Below, piece by piece: positions 5,138 through 15,038 of a DNA stretch of 64,000 nt. The DNA comes from a virus (lineage: Duplodnaviria; Heunggongvirae; Uroviricota; Caudoviricetes). The translations under genes were made by a program, and so were the position numbers. Position 1 is the stretch's first letter. Each line of letters starts with the position of its first letter. The notes below the pieces were generated by a model. It saw nothing but the letters and a program-made list of their open reading frames with translations. It was not told where the DNA came from and ran no database searches. The stretch lies in IMG/VR virus record IMGVR_UViG_3300042549_004104, positions 1 to 64,000 of that record; one strand, given 5' to 3'.

Positions 5138-5299
5138 TTACTTTGAACCTACTCCCTCTATGAAACTTCCGGGTAACCCCTCATCATTATATGAGCGAAT
5201 ACTAGGGTTAATCGTACCTGCAAAGGCGAACACGGATTGCTGAGGTGCTATTGACCACATGCTTCTATGTTTCAGCGATTGACAAGTAATATTTTTCAT
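5138..5299 (-). CDS. attenuator leader peptide (53 aa, all 20 amino acids)
   Basis: MKNITCQSLKHRSMWSIAPQQSVFAFAGTINPSIRSYNDEGLPGSFIEGVGSK*; codons 43-48 are complementary to the 5' arm of the terminator. Confidence 0.7.
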   Translation of the reverse strand: MKNITCQSLKHRSMWSIAPQQSVFAFAGTINPSIRSYNDEGLPGSFIEGVGSK

Positions 5300-5375
5300 A
5301 GTCTTTTATTTAGTCCTGGTTTACAAAATTATCTTTTTAAGTCGCTTTCCAGCGCCTTTCTCAATTCATGCATGA

Positions 5376-5404
5376 AGTATAACAGAGTTTTTGTTTCTCG
5401 TCAA
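5376..5404 (-). promoter_or_regulatory. sigma70-type promoter of the tRNA operon
   Basis: TTGACG-17 nt-TATACT, about 75 nt upstream of the leader ATG. Confidence 0.75.
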
Positions 5405-5459
5405 CATCTATTTTACCCACAAAGTCTATCTAGTAGACAATTAATACATAAATATTGTT

Positions 5460-7058
5460 ATGATATTTAATCCTAACAACTATTCAGTAATTTTTCTTAG
5501 TTACGATGAACCAAATGCTGACGAAAATTACCAACATTTATTGTCTTTGAAACCTGATGCCATGAGAGTTCACGGTGTCAAGGGTTCTGACAATGCACAC
5601 AAAGAATGTGCGAGGCTTAGCAAAACTAAGAACGTGATTATAGTAGATGGAGACAATTATGTCAATCCTGACTTTTTCCATAATACTATAGATTTAGCCC
5701 ATGGGATAGACCTTGATACTAGTGTTTTAAGTTTTAGTGCATATAACACAATTAATGGAAATCAATATGGAAATGGCAGTATCAAAGTTTGGCCAGTAAA
5801 CATGATAATGAACATGCAAACACATGAAAATAGCAGTGACCCAAAGTCAATTGATTTCATGTGCCATGATTATTTGCAATTGAACAGAGCAGGATCTGAA
5901 GTTAGATTCAGTAGTCAACTACAAGCATTTCGTGCAGGATTGCGTGACGGAGTGAAATTATCACTAGAAAATAACATGCCTGTTACTAGTATGGATCAAA
6001 TTGATTGGAGAAACTATGACAGACTATGGAGATGGATGCATGTAGGGAGTGACGTACAATATGGATTGTGGGCTATATATGGTGCAAGATTAGGCTGTTA
6101 TATGACGTTAGTTGAAAAATGGGATTATAGCCAAATTCGTAATTTTGATTTTATCAATAATTTCTTTGTCAATTGCTCCAATCACATCAATGAGGGTAAC
6201 ATACTAAAAGAATCAAACAAGACGGGCAAGTTGATAAGAGATTTTATAAAAGATGAACGAATTAAAGACGTTTATTCTAACGTTGATAGCAAGACATTTA
6301 GAGATACAATCAAACCCATATTACGTAGTGACGAGAATTTTATTCGTTATAAATATCACCCACCATATGATGTTGTTTTCATCAGTTATGATGAACCCAA
6401 TGCTGATAAGAATTTTGAACTTTTAAAAGAAAAAGCACCTCACGCTAAAAGGATACATGGGATAAAAGGTATACATCAAGCACATTATGAAGCAGCCAAA
6501 ATATGTGAGTCAGATTATTTTTGGGTAGTTGATGCTGATGCCATTATACTTGACAATTTTGTATTTGAGTATAAAATAGAGTTTTACAGCCCCGAAAAGG
6601 TTCGTGTTTGGCGTAGTAAAAATAATGTTAATGATTTGATATATGGTAATGGTGGAGTTAAATTACTTCCTAGGATGGCAACATTACGCATGAATATGAA
6701 CTCACCTGACATGACTACTAGCATTTGTAAATTTTATGACCCTATTATGATAGTGAGTAATGTTACAGAATTTAACAGTGATAGTTTTCATAGTTGGAGA
6801 AGTGCATTTCGTGAATGCGTAAAATTGTCTAGCCAAATAATCAATAATCAAAACTCAAGTGAATCTATAGATAGATTAAACATTTGGTGCAATGTAGGTA
6901 AAGATAAACCATATGGAAAGTATATATTGGATGGTGCAAAAAAAGGCCGTGAATATGGAACCGTACACAAAGGTGATACCGTTGCACTTAAAAAGATAAA
7001 TGACTTTAATTGGTTAAAAGAACAATATGACGGATTTTACAAAAATACCCTGGAATGA
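5460..7058 (+). CDS. tandem glycosyltransferase-like (GT-A) protein
   Basis: Two internal repeats FxSYDEPNAD...VDGD/VDAD (DxD)...YGNG...AFR. Confidence 0.6.
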   Translation: MIFNPNNYSVIFLSYDEPNADENYQHLLSLKPDAMRVHGVKGSDNAHKECARLSKTKNVIIVDGDNYVNPDFFHNTIDLAHGIDLDTSVLSFSAYNTINGNQYGNGSIKVWPVNMIMNMQTHENSSDPKSIDFMCHDYLQLNRAGSEVRFSSQLQAFRAGLRDGVKLSLENNMPVTSMDQIDWRNYDRLWRWMHVGSDVQYGLWAIYGARLGCYMTLVEKWDYSQIRNFDFINNFFVNCSNHINEGNILKESNKTGKLIRDFIKDERIKDVYSNVDSKTFRDTIKPILRSDENFIRYKYHPPYDVVFISYDEPNADKNFELLKEKAPHAKRIHGIKGIHQAHYEAAKICESDYFWVVDADAIILDNFVFEYKIEFYSPEKVRVWRSKNNVNDLIYGNGGVKLLPRMATLRMNMNSPDMTTSICKFYDPIMIVSNVTEFNSDSFHSWRSAFRECVKLSSQIINNQNSSESIDRLNIWCNVGKDKPYGKYILDGAKKGREYGTVHKGDTVALKKINDFNWLKEQYDGFYKNTLE

Positions 7059-7992
7059 TATTACTAAGTTTGGCCAACAAACAATGTTGGACGAGGGTAT
7101 TTTTAATGTAAGTTGGATACTAGGAAGATTTTGTAATTACAAATGTAGCTACTGTTGGCCTTATGCCAACACACAAATTCCTGATCACCAAGAATTAGAA
7201 GTATACAATAGAACATTTGATGAAATTAGATTTCAAGCAAGTAAAAATGGCTTTATTCGTTTTCATTGGTCATTCAGCGGCGGTGAACCAACAGCATATA
7301 AACATTCATTAGAGTTAATGGGCAGAGTATTATATGATAGTATACACATGACCACTAATTTAAGTCCCGGTATACAATACTGGGATAGATGGTTAAAAGC
7401 AACTGAACTTAGTAGACGCCGTAGTATTACTGCAAGTTTTCACCATGAGTTTGCTAACGAACAAGAGTTTGGTGATAAAATATTATATCTAATGGAACAT
7501 AATGTATTGGTAACTGTCAACCAAGTTATGATTCCCGAACACTTTGAACAATTACATGAACGTTGTATTAGATTAAATGACAGAGGTATTAATGTCACAC
7601 TAAAACCACAAACTGATCCTACTGCTAGTTATGTTGTCAGTGGATACGATGAAAAAATGATAGAAACTATGCGTATAGGATTCCCTCAATATACAAGTGA
7701 TGAGGAAGTATTGCAAGTTAAATTGATTGACAATGAGAATAAAGTTTGGTATATTGACCAAGCAGAGAGATTAAACAGTTTTGGGTTTAATAAATTTACC
7801 AATTGGTCTTGCAATAGTGGCTATCAAAGTGTTATAATAAGGGGCAACGAGGTAAAGCGTAGTTATAGCTGCCATGATAAAATTTTAGGAACTTTAACAG
7901 AAGGATTCAAACTATTTGATAGTCCTAAAATTTGTATAACCCCATCATGTATGAGTTCGGCAGACAGCAAAATACCCAAAGAAAAGATATGA
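7027..7992 (+). CDS. radical SAM protein
   Basis: CNYKCSYC, SGGEP, C-terminal Cys cluster. Confidence 0.9.
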   Translation: MTDFTKIPWNDITKFGQQTMLDEGIFNVSWILGRFCNYKCSYCWPYANTQIPDHQELEVYNRTFDEIRFQASKNGFIRFHWSFSGGEPTAYKHSLELMGRVLYDSIHMTTNLSPGIQYWDRWLKATELSRRRSITASFHHEFANEQEFGDKILYLMEHNVLVTVNQVMIPEHFEQLHERCIRLNDRGINVTLKPQTDPTASYVVSGYDEKMIETMRIGFPQYTSDEEVLQVKLIDNENKVWYIDQAERLNSFGFNKFTNWSCNSGYQSVIIRGNEVKRSYSCHDKILGTLTEGFKLFDSPKICITPSCMSSADSKIPKEKI

Positions 7993-8726
7993 AATTATTT
8001 GGATCAATTTTAAAAGATGTCAAAAATGGAAAATTTCTTCCTATGGATATTAATTGTGAGAAAAATTTTGCTGAAAAAGATACTAAAGCATTTTACAAAA
8101 AAAACTTAGAAATAATGCCCGCTGATTGGGAGTATAGAAACAAAAATGTAACTTATACTATCAATAAAGATTATTATCGTACAAGCAATTTTAAAACGAT
8201 TGATTGGGCTAACTCAATTGTAATCTTTGGATGCAGTTATGTATTTGGTGTAGGGATTGATGATAATGATACTATAACTGAACAACTAAGTAAATTAACT
8301 AATAGACCTGTGATTAATATGGGATCACCTGGTTCAAGTATAACATATAATTTTCATAATAATTTGATTTTAAAAAATCATTACCCAACACCATATGCAG
8401 TAGTAAATGTATGGACCAATTATTATAGAGATATCATATATTATAAAAAATCTGTAAACAATATAGGATCTTGGAGTAAAAATATAGAATATGCCAAGAT
8501 TTTATTTTCCGAAGAGGATCATATTAAAACAGAAGGGTATTTTAATATTTTAGCAACAAAAACTATTTGGAGTAATACCAAATACGTAGATTTCACATAT
8601 TTTCCTGAATCGGCTAAGGTGTACGGCCTCAATTTAATACACATAACAGACAAAGCCAGAGATTTACAGCACCCGGGGTCACAATCTCTTAAAGCAGGTG
8701 CTGAATATATAATGAATAAATTATGA
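7989..8726 (+). CDS. SGNH-hydrolase-like hypothetical protein
   Basis: FGCSYVFG, NMGSPGSS, RDLQHPG motifs; start placed at the ATGA overlap. Confidence 0.55.
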   Translation: MKLFGSILKDVKNGKFLPMDINCEKNFAEKDTKAFYKKNLEIMPADWEYRNKNVTYTINKDYYRTSNFKTIDWANSIVIFGCSYVFGVGIDDNDTITEQLSKLTNRPVINMGSPGSSITYNFHNNLILKNHYPTPYAVVNVWTNYYRDIIYYKKSVNNIGSWSKNIEYAKILFSEEDHIKTEGYFNILATKTIWSNTKYVDFTYFPESAKVYGLNLIHITDKARDLQHPGSQSLKAGAEYIMNKL

Positions 8727-9313
8727 AAATAGATACAGAACATTTGCATTTTTGGATGCAAGCGATTAGACAAAGCAATAACCCCATGCGTACAATGGAT
8801 GCGTTTTATAGTGGACAGATAAAAAGCAAAGAATGGCTTATAGAAAATATACGAGAACTAGTAACAGATAGCGTAAGAATAGATATACACGGTGGTTGGG
8901 TAGGTGTTCTTGCTAGTCTGTTATTTCAAAGTGGCATTCCAATCAAATATATTTGCAGTGTAGATATTGACCCCTTATGTGAACAAATTGCAACTATGAT
9001 GAACAAAATTGAAGAACAAGAAAACAAATTTAAAGCAATCACAAAAGACATGTGTAACGTTCCCATTAACGGTGATATAATTATTAACACAAGTTGTGAA
9101 CATATTACACAAGAACAATATGAAAAATGGTTAAGTAATATACCAAAAGATAAGTTAATTGTTTTACAAAGTAATAACTATCAAATACCAGAACATATTA
9201 GAATAGCTACTAACTTAGAAGAATTTATAAATCAATCTAATATTAAAGTGATTAAACAAACAGAATTAAAATTACCTTTATATACTAGATATATGATTAT
9301 AGGAAAAAAATGA
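8723..9313 (+). CDS. class I SAM-dependent methyltransferase-like protein
   Basis: IHGGWVGVL motif I, SVDID, IINTSCEH. Confidence 0.7.
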   Translation: MKIDTEHLHFWMQAIRQSNNPMRTMDAFYSGQIKSKEWLIENIRELVTDSVRIDIHGGWVGVLASLLFQSGIPIKYICSVDIDPLCEQIATMMNKIEEQENKFKAITKDMCNVPINGDIIINTSCEHITQEQYEKWLSNIPKDKLIVLQSNNYQIPEHIRIATNLEEFINQSNIKVIKQTELKLPLYTRYMIIGKK

Positions 9314-10329
9314 ATCCAATAGAGATTATAAACAACAATTTTAAAAATTCAATGACTATTGAATATCTTGTAGGTACTACATGTAACTACAAGTGCCATT
9401 ATTGTTTTACTGGGTGTAATGATGGTAAGTATAAATTTACAACAGATTTAGCATTATTAAAAAAGAACCTAGGATACATGATAGATGTATACCGAAATGA
9501 TTTCAATAAAACAGATATCAGATTAAATATCAATGGTGGAGAACCAACACTATGGCCTGATCTTGGAGAATTTGCAAAACATTTTAGTGAAGAATACAAC
9601 TGTCGAGTGACTATAGTTACGAATGGTTCACGTACATTGAGATTTTGGAAAGAGTATGGAAACTATTTTGAAGATATTGCAATAAGTGTTCATAATCAAG
9701 AATGCGATGTAGAACATATCAAAAAAGTCATGGATTATTTGTATGAGAATACTGATTGTTTAGTTAACGCAACTGTGTTTATGGATCCATTGAATTTTAA
9801 TAGGGCAGTAGAAATTGCTGAAGATTTAAAAAATCACAGTACGCCGTGGTTGCTTAAAGTGAGACCTATCGTATTAAACGGAGTCATGCCTTTATATACA
9901 AAAGAACAAAAAGAATATATCAATGATAAAGTCAAAAAAATGCCGCCGCCAGAATGGATTGAAAAAATTAAAAAATTAGGAAGAATGCCTCAATCAGAAT
10001 CTGAAGGCATGATGTTGAAATTAGATAACGGTGAGATAATAAAAATTGACACACAATATTTAATGGAGAGAGATTGGTATCATTTTGAAGGCTGGCAATG
10101 TAATATGGGCGTAGATAGATTTGTTATTAATAGGGGAGGCGTTATTCAAGGATCATGCGGGGCACAGAATCTTTTTAACTTAGATAAACCCCTAACTATA
10201 TATGATACTGACTTAACGGAAAAATTCAATAAAGATATTGTTAATCCGCTAATATGCAAACAACCTTATTGCGGGTCTCCCACTGAAGTTAAATTACCAA
10301 AACAAAAAATTTATGATAGAACAGTATAA
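9310..10329 (+). CDS. radical SAM protein
   Basis: CNYKCHYC, GGEPT, TNGS, C-terminal Cys residues. Confidence 0.9.
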   Translation: MNPIEIINNNFKNSMTIEYLVGTTCNYKCHYCFTGCNDGKYKFTTDLALLKKNLGYMIDVYRNDFNKTDIRLNINGGEPTLWPDLGEFAKHFSEEYNCRVTIVTNGSRTLRFWKEYGNYFEDIAISVHNQECDVEHIKKVMDYLYENTDCLVNATVFMDPLNFNRAVEIAEDLKNHSTPWLLKVRPIVLNGVMPLYTKEQKEYINDKVKKMPPPEWIEKIKKLGRMPQSESEGMMLKLDNGEIIKIDTQYLMERDWYHFEGWQCNMGVDRFVINRGGVIQGSCGAQNLFNLDKPLTIYDTDLTEKFNKDIVNPLICKQPYCGSPTEVKLPKQKIYDRTV

Positions 10330-11212
10330 TAACAATCCGTGCATTCAAGTGGTATTCAGTGATGGAAATGATACCATTACGTTAAGTTATTTGATATATG
10401 AATGGGATGCCGCACATAAATTTTATAATCTCATCAAAGCACAAATTGATAAAAATACTGAGTTCCATAGTGACACTAGTTTTTATATTACTAAGGAAGA
10501 TGAGAATGAAATAATAATTAGAATTAATAACACAATTGACAAAATCAATGTTAACTATTCTATGAAGTTAGAACATATTGATAAGAATTCAGACTTAAAC
10601 AAACTTCATTGCTCTCCAATAAAAGATAATTTATGGATTGAATTAAATGATGCAATACATGCTTATGAGCAATATAAAGTACAAATAAATCAAGATCCTC
10701 GCATCAATGCTTACTTTGAATTTACTGATGGTGAAGAAATTCTATTAGAACCAGAAGATTATTTGTTTTTTACACCGGACAGAAATTTTGGTGACTTGTG
10801 TATTAATTATTCACATAAGGGAAAGCATTGGTTAGAATTACAATCGGATAATGATATTGAAGCTATAACAAACGGTGAATTACAACCCGAGACTATAATT
10901 AATTCAGGTGGATATATGGTGTTTAGACCTCCAAGCCCAAGCCCGTTTTATAGAATGAACAAATTTGTAAAGTGGTATAAGAAAAATGTACCGAATAGTA
11001 AATTTGATTTGAATATGGCTATAGGATATCTTTTAGTAGGCAAATTGATTATGCCAACCGGTTGGGATGAATTGTCGGTGAGTGAACGTAGTAACTGGAC
11101 TAGATTATTAGCTACATATAAAAACATTATTGAAATTAAAACAACATATTTTACAACAGATATGATTCCAAATTTATTAGAAAAGGCAAAAATGAATGTA
11201 TTCATTAAGTGA
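10313..11212 (+). CDS. hypothetical protein
   Basis: 299-aa ORF overlapping both neighbours in the operon. Confidence 0.75.
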   Translation: MIEQYNNNPCIQVVFSDGNDTITLSYLIYEWDAAHKFYNLIKAQIDKNTEFHSDTSFYITKEDENEIIIRINNTIDKINVNYSMKLEHIDKNSDLNKLHCSPIKDNLWIELNDAIHAYEQYKVQINQDPRINAYFEFTDGEEILLEPEDYLFFTPDRNFGDLCINYSHKGKHWLELQSDNDIEAITNGELQPETIINSGGYMVFRPPSPSPFYRMNKFVKWYKKNVPNSKFDLNMAIGYLLVGKLIMPTGWDELSVSERSNWTRLLATYKNIIEIKTTYFTTDMIPNLLEKAKMNVFIK

Positions 11213-12188
11213 TATCAAATCCGTACATTTAGAAATAACTAACAAGTGTCAAGCAAAATGTCCCATGTGTGCTCGTAACATGCAAGGTGGGATACTTAAT
11301 CCATTTATTGAACTTACTGAAATCACACTTGAACAATTTAAAGAATGGTTTCCTGTAGATTTTATAAAACAATTAAACAATTTATATATGTGCGGAAATT
11401 TAGGTGATCCTATTATTGCTAAGGATACTACAGAAATTTTTAGATATCTTAGAGAAAATAATCAAACTATAACACTAAACATGCATACAAATGGTAGTGG
11501 ACGGAACGATAAATGGTGGAAAGATTTAGCAGAATTAAATGTAAGTGTTATATTTGGAATAGATGGATTAGTTGACACACATAGTTTATATCGGATTAAT
11601 ACAGACTTTAACAAAATAATAAAAAATGCAAAAACATTTATTAACCACGGTGGTAATGCTAGGTGGGATATGATTGTATTTCAACACAATGAACACCAAG
11701 TTGAAGATTGTAGGAAACTTAGTAAAGAACTTGGGTTCGGTGAATTTACAGTTAAACACACAAGTAGATTTAGAAATGGTAAATTAAATGTTCTTAATGA
11801 TGAGGGAAAGACAATAAACATATTGTATCCAACCTTGAATAGTAAAAACATGATTCCAAAAATCAAGCAATCTGAACTAGAAGTGCTACCAAAAATAAAT
11901 TGTAAGGTGCTTGAATATAATCAAATATATGTAAGCGCAGATGGAACAGTAACTCCGTGTTGTTGGATAAACATTAAACATGATCAACCATCATCACCAA
12001 TACGATATGAATATTTAGATACTATTGGTTATTGGCCTAGCCTTACAAAACAAACATTAGAAGAAATATTTGACAGTGGATATTTTGCTAGTATTGAAAA
12101 ATCTTGGACTACATGTGGATTAAAGATTTGTAGTAAACACTGCGGATCGTTTGATAAACTTAACGCACAGTGGGTTGAACGAACATGA
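11196..12188 (+). CDS. radical SAM/SPASM-type protein
   Basis: CQAKCPMC, GNLGDP, HTNG, C...PCC...CSKHC. Confidence 0.9.
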   Translation: MYSLSDIKSVHLEITNKCQAKCPMCARNMQGGILNPFIELTEITLEQFKEWFPVDFIKQLNNLYMCGNLGDPIIAKDTTEIFRYLRENNQTITLNMHTNGSGRNDKWWKDLAELNVSVIFGIDGLVDTHSLYRINTDFNKIIKNAKTFINHGGNARWDMIVFQHNEHQVEDCRKLSKELGFGEFTVKHTSRFRNGKLNVLNDEGKTINILYPTLNSKNMIPKIKQSELEVLPKINCKVLEYNQIYVSADGTVTPCCWINIKHDQPSSPIRYEYLDTIGYWPSLTKQTLEEIFDSGYFASIEKSWTTCGLKICSKHCGSFDKLNAQWVERT

Positions 12189-13474
12189 CATGGTGCCCAT
12201 TACCTTGGATGCATATCGCTACCCGACCTAACGGAGATGTTAGATTATGTGCCACCGCAAACGCTAGTGGATCAGGAGAAGATGAGAACAAAGAAGCAGG
12301 ATTAGTAACACACGATGGTATTAAAATGAACTTACGTCATCATACTATGGAAGAAGTATGGAACAGTAGTTACATGAAAGATGTTCGTGTTAAAATGATG
12401 AATGGTGAAAAACCACAATCGTGCATGAAGTGCTACAATGAAGAAGCACAAGGTATCCCAAGCAAACGTGAATGGGAAACGATTGAGTGGAATAAACGCA
12501 TTGACTTGAGTACACTGATTCCCAACACACAACCCGACGGTACTGCTCCACTGAATATTAATTACTTTGATTTGCGATTAGGTAATTTGTGTCAATTAAA
12601 ATGCGTAATGTGTAGTCCACATGACAGTAGTAGTTGGATTAAAGACTGGAAGATACAATATCCACAATATAAAATCTTTGAGTTAAAAAATGACCAACAC
12701 TGGGATAGAAAAATGGATTATACATGGTATCAAAAAGGATCATTTTTAGATACAATGCGTAATCAAGCACACAACATTAAAGAGATGTATTTTGCAGGTG
12801 GTGAACCATTATTAATTCCAGAACACTATAAAATATTAGAGTTTATGATAGAAAGTGGTAATAGCAGTAATTGTATTTTACGCTATAATAGCAATGGACT
12901 AGAACTATCTGAAAAAATATTTGAGTTATGGAATCACTTTAAAGAAGTTAGATTCAATATCAGTATTGATAGTGTAGCTGAACGCAATGAATACATACGT
13001 TACCCTAGTAAATGGAATGATATGCTTAACAGTCTACAACGATTAGACGATACTCCGGACAATATCATAGTTAATATTGCGTGTGCGGTGCAATTATTAA
13101 ATATCACGACAATGCATGAGTTAGCACATTGGAAATTAAGTCAGAACTATAAAAAGATTCACATGAGTGAGGGTTCCGGTGGAGTGACTGGCATGCACCT
13201 AGTATGCTATCCAAGCTATTTAAACATGCGTGTATTACCCAAAGAGTTTAAAGATGTGGCAGTTAAAAACTTAACGCAATTTTTAGATAGTTATAATAAC
13301 ACACAATTTGATAATGACATATACGGACGTAAACGTTGGTTGGGTATGATTAACTATATTCAATCAGAAGACTGGAGTCATAAACTCCCACAAGCAATAG
13401 AATATTTAGAAGTCACAGATAAAACTCGTGGCACAAATTTTAGAGAAACATTTACAGAATTGAGAAACTTATGA
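12185..13474 (+). CDS. radical SAM protein with N-terminal twitch/SPASM-like domain
   Basis: CPLPW...LC...CMKC then CQLKCVMC, AGGEP, SNG. Confidence 0.9.
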   Translation: MTWCPLPWMHIATRPNGDVRLCATANASGSGEDENKEAGLVTHDGIKMNLRHHTMEEVWNSSYMKDVRVKMMNGEKPQSCMKCYNEEAQGIPSKREWETIEWNKRIDLSTLIPNTQPDGTAPLNINYFDLRLGNLCQLKCVMCSPHDSSSWIKDWKIQYPQYKIFELKNDQHWDRKMDYTWYQKGSFLDTMRNQAHNIKEMYFAGGEPLLIPEHYKILEFMIESGNSSNCILRYNSNGLELSEKIFELWNHFKEVRFNISIDSVAERNEYIRYPSKWNDMLNSLQRLDDTPDNIIVNIACAVQLLNITTMHELAHWKLSQNYKKIHMSEGSGGVTGMHLVCYPSYLNMRVLPKEFKDVAVKNLTQFLDSYNNTQFDNDIYGRKRWLGMINYIQSEDWSHKLPQAIEYLEVTDKTRGTNFRETFTELRNL

Positions 13475-14127
13475 CACAAGAAGAAATTGAAAGACAAATG
13501 TTATGGACTAGCTTATGTAATCTAGGTAGCTATGCCAAGATGAATTTGTATATTAATGAACATGAAGTCAAAGAACAATTAAAAGAATTCAATGACAATT
13601 GGTGTCCATACAACGCTAAGAAAGACACAGTGAACAATCGTTGGGGACTACCATTAACTAGTCACACAGGTGATGTAATGGATAACTATCATTTAAATAG
13701 TTTTGGTTATATGCAACGTTACCATGATGTTGAAATGAAGGAAGAAAACTTCACAACACCAACTGAAGTTTATCACACGATTCCAGAGTTAGCTAGATTA
13801 GTAGATATATTTGCGCCTGATATTGGACGTGTACACTTATTGCGAGTAGACAAGGGAGGATTCTTTCCACCACACAGAGATTTTGCGGGTGTTGCACCCG
13901 AATATGTTAGATTGTTATTAGTGTTTGGAAACTGTAGTGACTTTAATTATGTACAAATGTTACACGACCAACCATTTAGACCAGAACGAAATCATTTATA
14001 CTTTGTAAATTTTCAATTGAATCATAGTGTGTTTAGCTTCAGTGATAATCTATACAGTTTGATACTAACAGTTAAATTAAATCAACGCACACATGATTTA
14101 TTGATTAAACATTCAATGGCACAATGA
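13471..14127 (+). CDS. Fe(II)/2OG oxygenase-like protein
   Basis: GGFFPPHRD...NHSVF: HxD...H. Confidence 0.7.
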   Translation: MTQEEIERQMLWTSLCNLGSYAKMNLYINEHEVKEQLKEFNDNWCPYNAKKDTVNNRWGLPLTSHTGDVMDNYHLNSFGYMQRYHDVEMKEENFTTPTEVYHTIPELARLVDIFAPDIGRVHLLRVDKGGFFPPHRDFAGVAPEYVRLLLVFGNCSDFNYVQMLHDQPFRPERNHLYFVNFQLNHSVFSFSDNLYSLILTVKLNQRTHDLLIKHSMAQ

Positions 14128-15038
14128 AGATAGAATATGTTGACAAACTAAAAGAAAATTGGTTCTTAATTACATGGGATCTAAGCAACAAATGTAACTA
14201 TCGTTGTAGCTATTGCCCAAGTATGTTTCATGACGGGTCAAGTGGTTGGCCTGATATTGACAATGTTAAAAACTTTGTAAAAGAAATTAATAAGCAAATA
14301 CCTTTTAAAGATATATGTTTTCGTATATCGGGCGGTGAGCCTACTTATTGGAAACATTTTTTAGAGTTTGCACAAACAGCAAAGAGTTATAATAACAGTT
14401 TTAGTTTTTTATCTAATGGGTCACGTGATATAGAATATTTCAAAGAAATTAATCAGTATACAGATGGCTTAATGTTAAGCTATCACAAAGAGTATGCAAA
14501 TATTGAACATTTTATAAACATTAGTAAAGTAATGACTGGCCCAGTTATTGTCAATTTAATGATAAGTGCTGAAAACTTTGATGAGATGGTTAGTATAGCT
14601 AAACATCTTTATGAGAATAGTTCGTTAACTATCTGGCCCAAAGTAATACTAGACAAAACTTCAGACATTAATAACATGACAAATAAACCATCTGAATATA
14701 CGGTTGAACAGAAAAAGTTTTTAGAAAATTGGCCATATTTTAGAAAAGTAGATGACAGTAAAGTGCATCGTGGAGATATATTATTTGATAGTGAATATAC
14801 TACTGCAAATAAACTAATACTGAATAAATTAAATAGGCATAAAGGTTGGGAATGCCATGCAGGATTAGATATGATTAACGTAGATTTTTATGGAAATATT
14901 GTACGAGCAAACTGTGAGCAAGGTGGAAGTATAGGGACTATAACTAACTTTACGTTACCCACAAATACTATTGTATGTCAAAAAGAATCTTGTAATTGTC
15001 TCAGTGACATTTATTTGCGTAAATCTTTACCAGCATAA
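14124..15038 (+). CDS. radical SAM protein
   Basis: CNYRCSYC, SGGEPT, SNGS, C-terminal CQKESCNC. Confidence 0.9.
   Translation: MKIEYVDKLKENWFLITWDLSNKCNYRCSYCPSMFHDGSSGWPDIDNVKNFVKEINKQIPFKDICFRISGGEPTYWKHFLEFAQTAKSYNNSFSFLSNGSRDIEYFKEINQYTDGLMLSYHKEYANIEHFINISKVMTGPVIVNLMISAENFDEMVSIAKHLYENSSLTIWPKVILDKTSDINNMTNKPSEYTVEQKKFLENWPYFRKVDDSKVHRGDILFDSEYTTANKLILNKLNRHKGWECHAGLDMINVDFYGNIVRANCEQGGSIGTITNFTLPTNTIVCQKESCNCLSDIYLRKSLPA

Noticed and set aside
5267-5470. 67-aa plus-strand ORF
   Set aside because: Antisense to the leader and promoter region, with no RBS or protein-like features.
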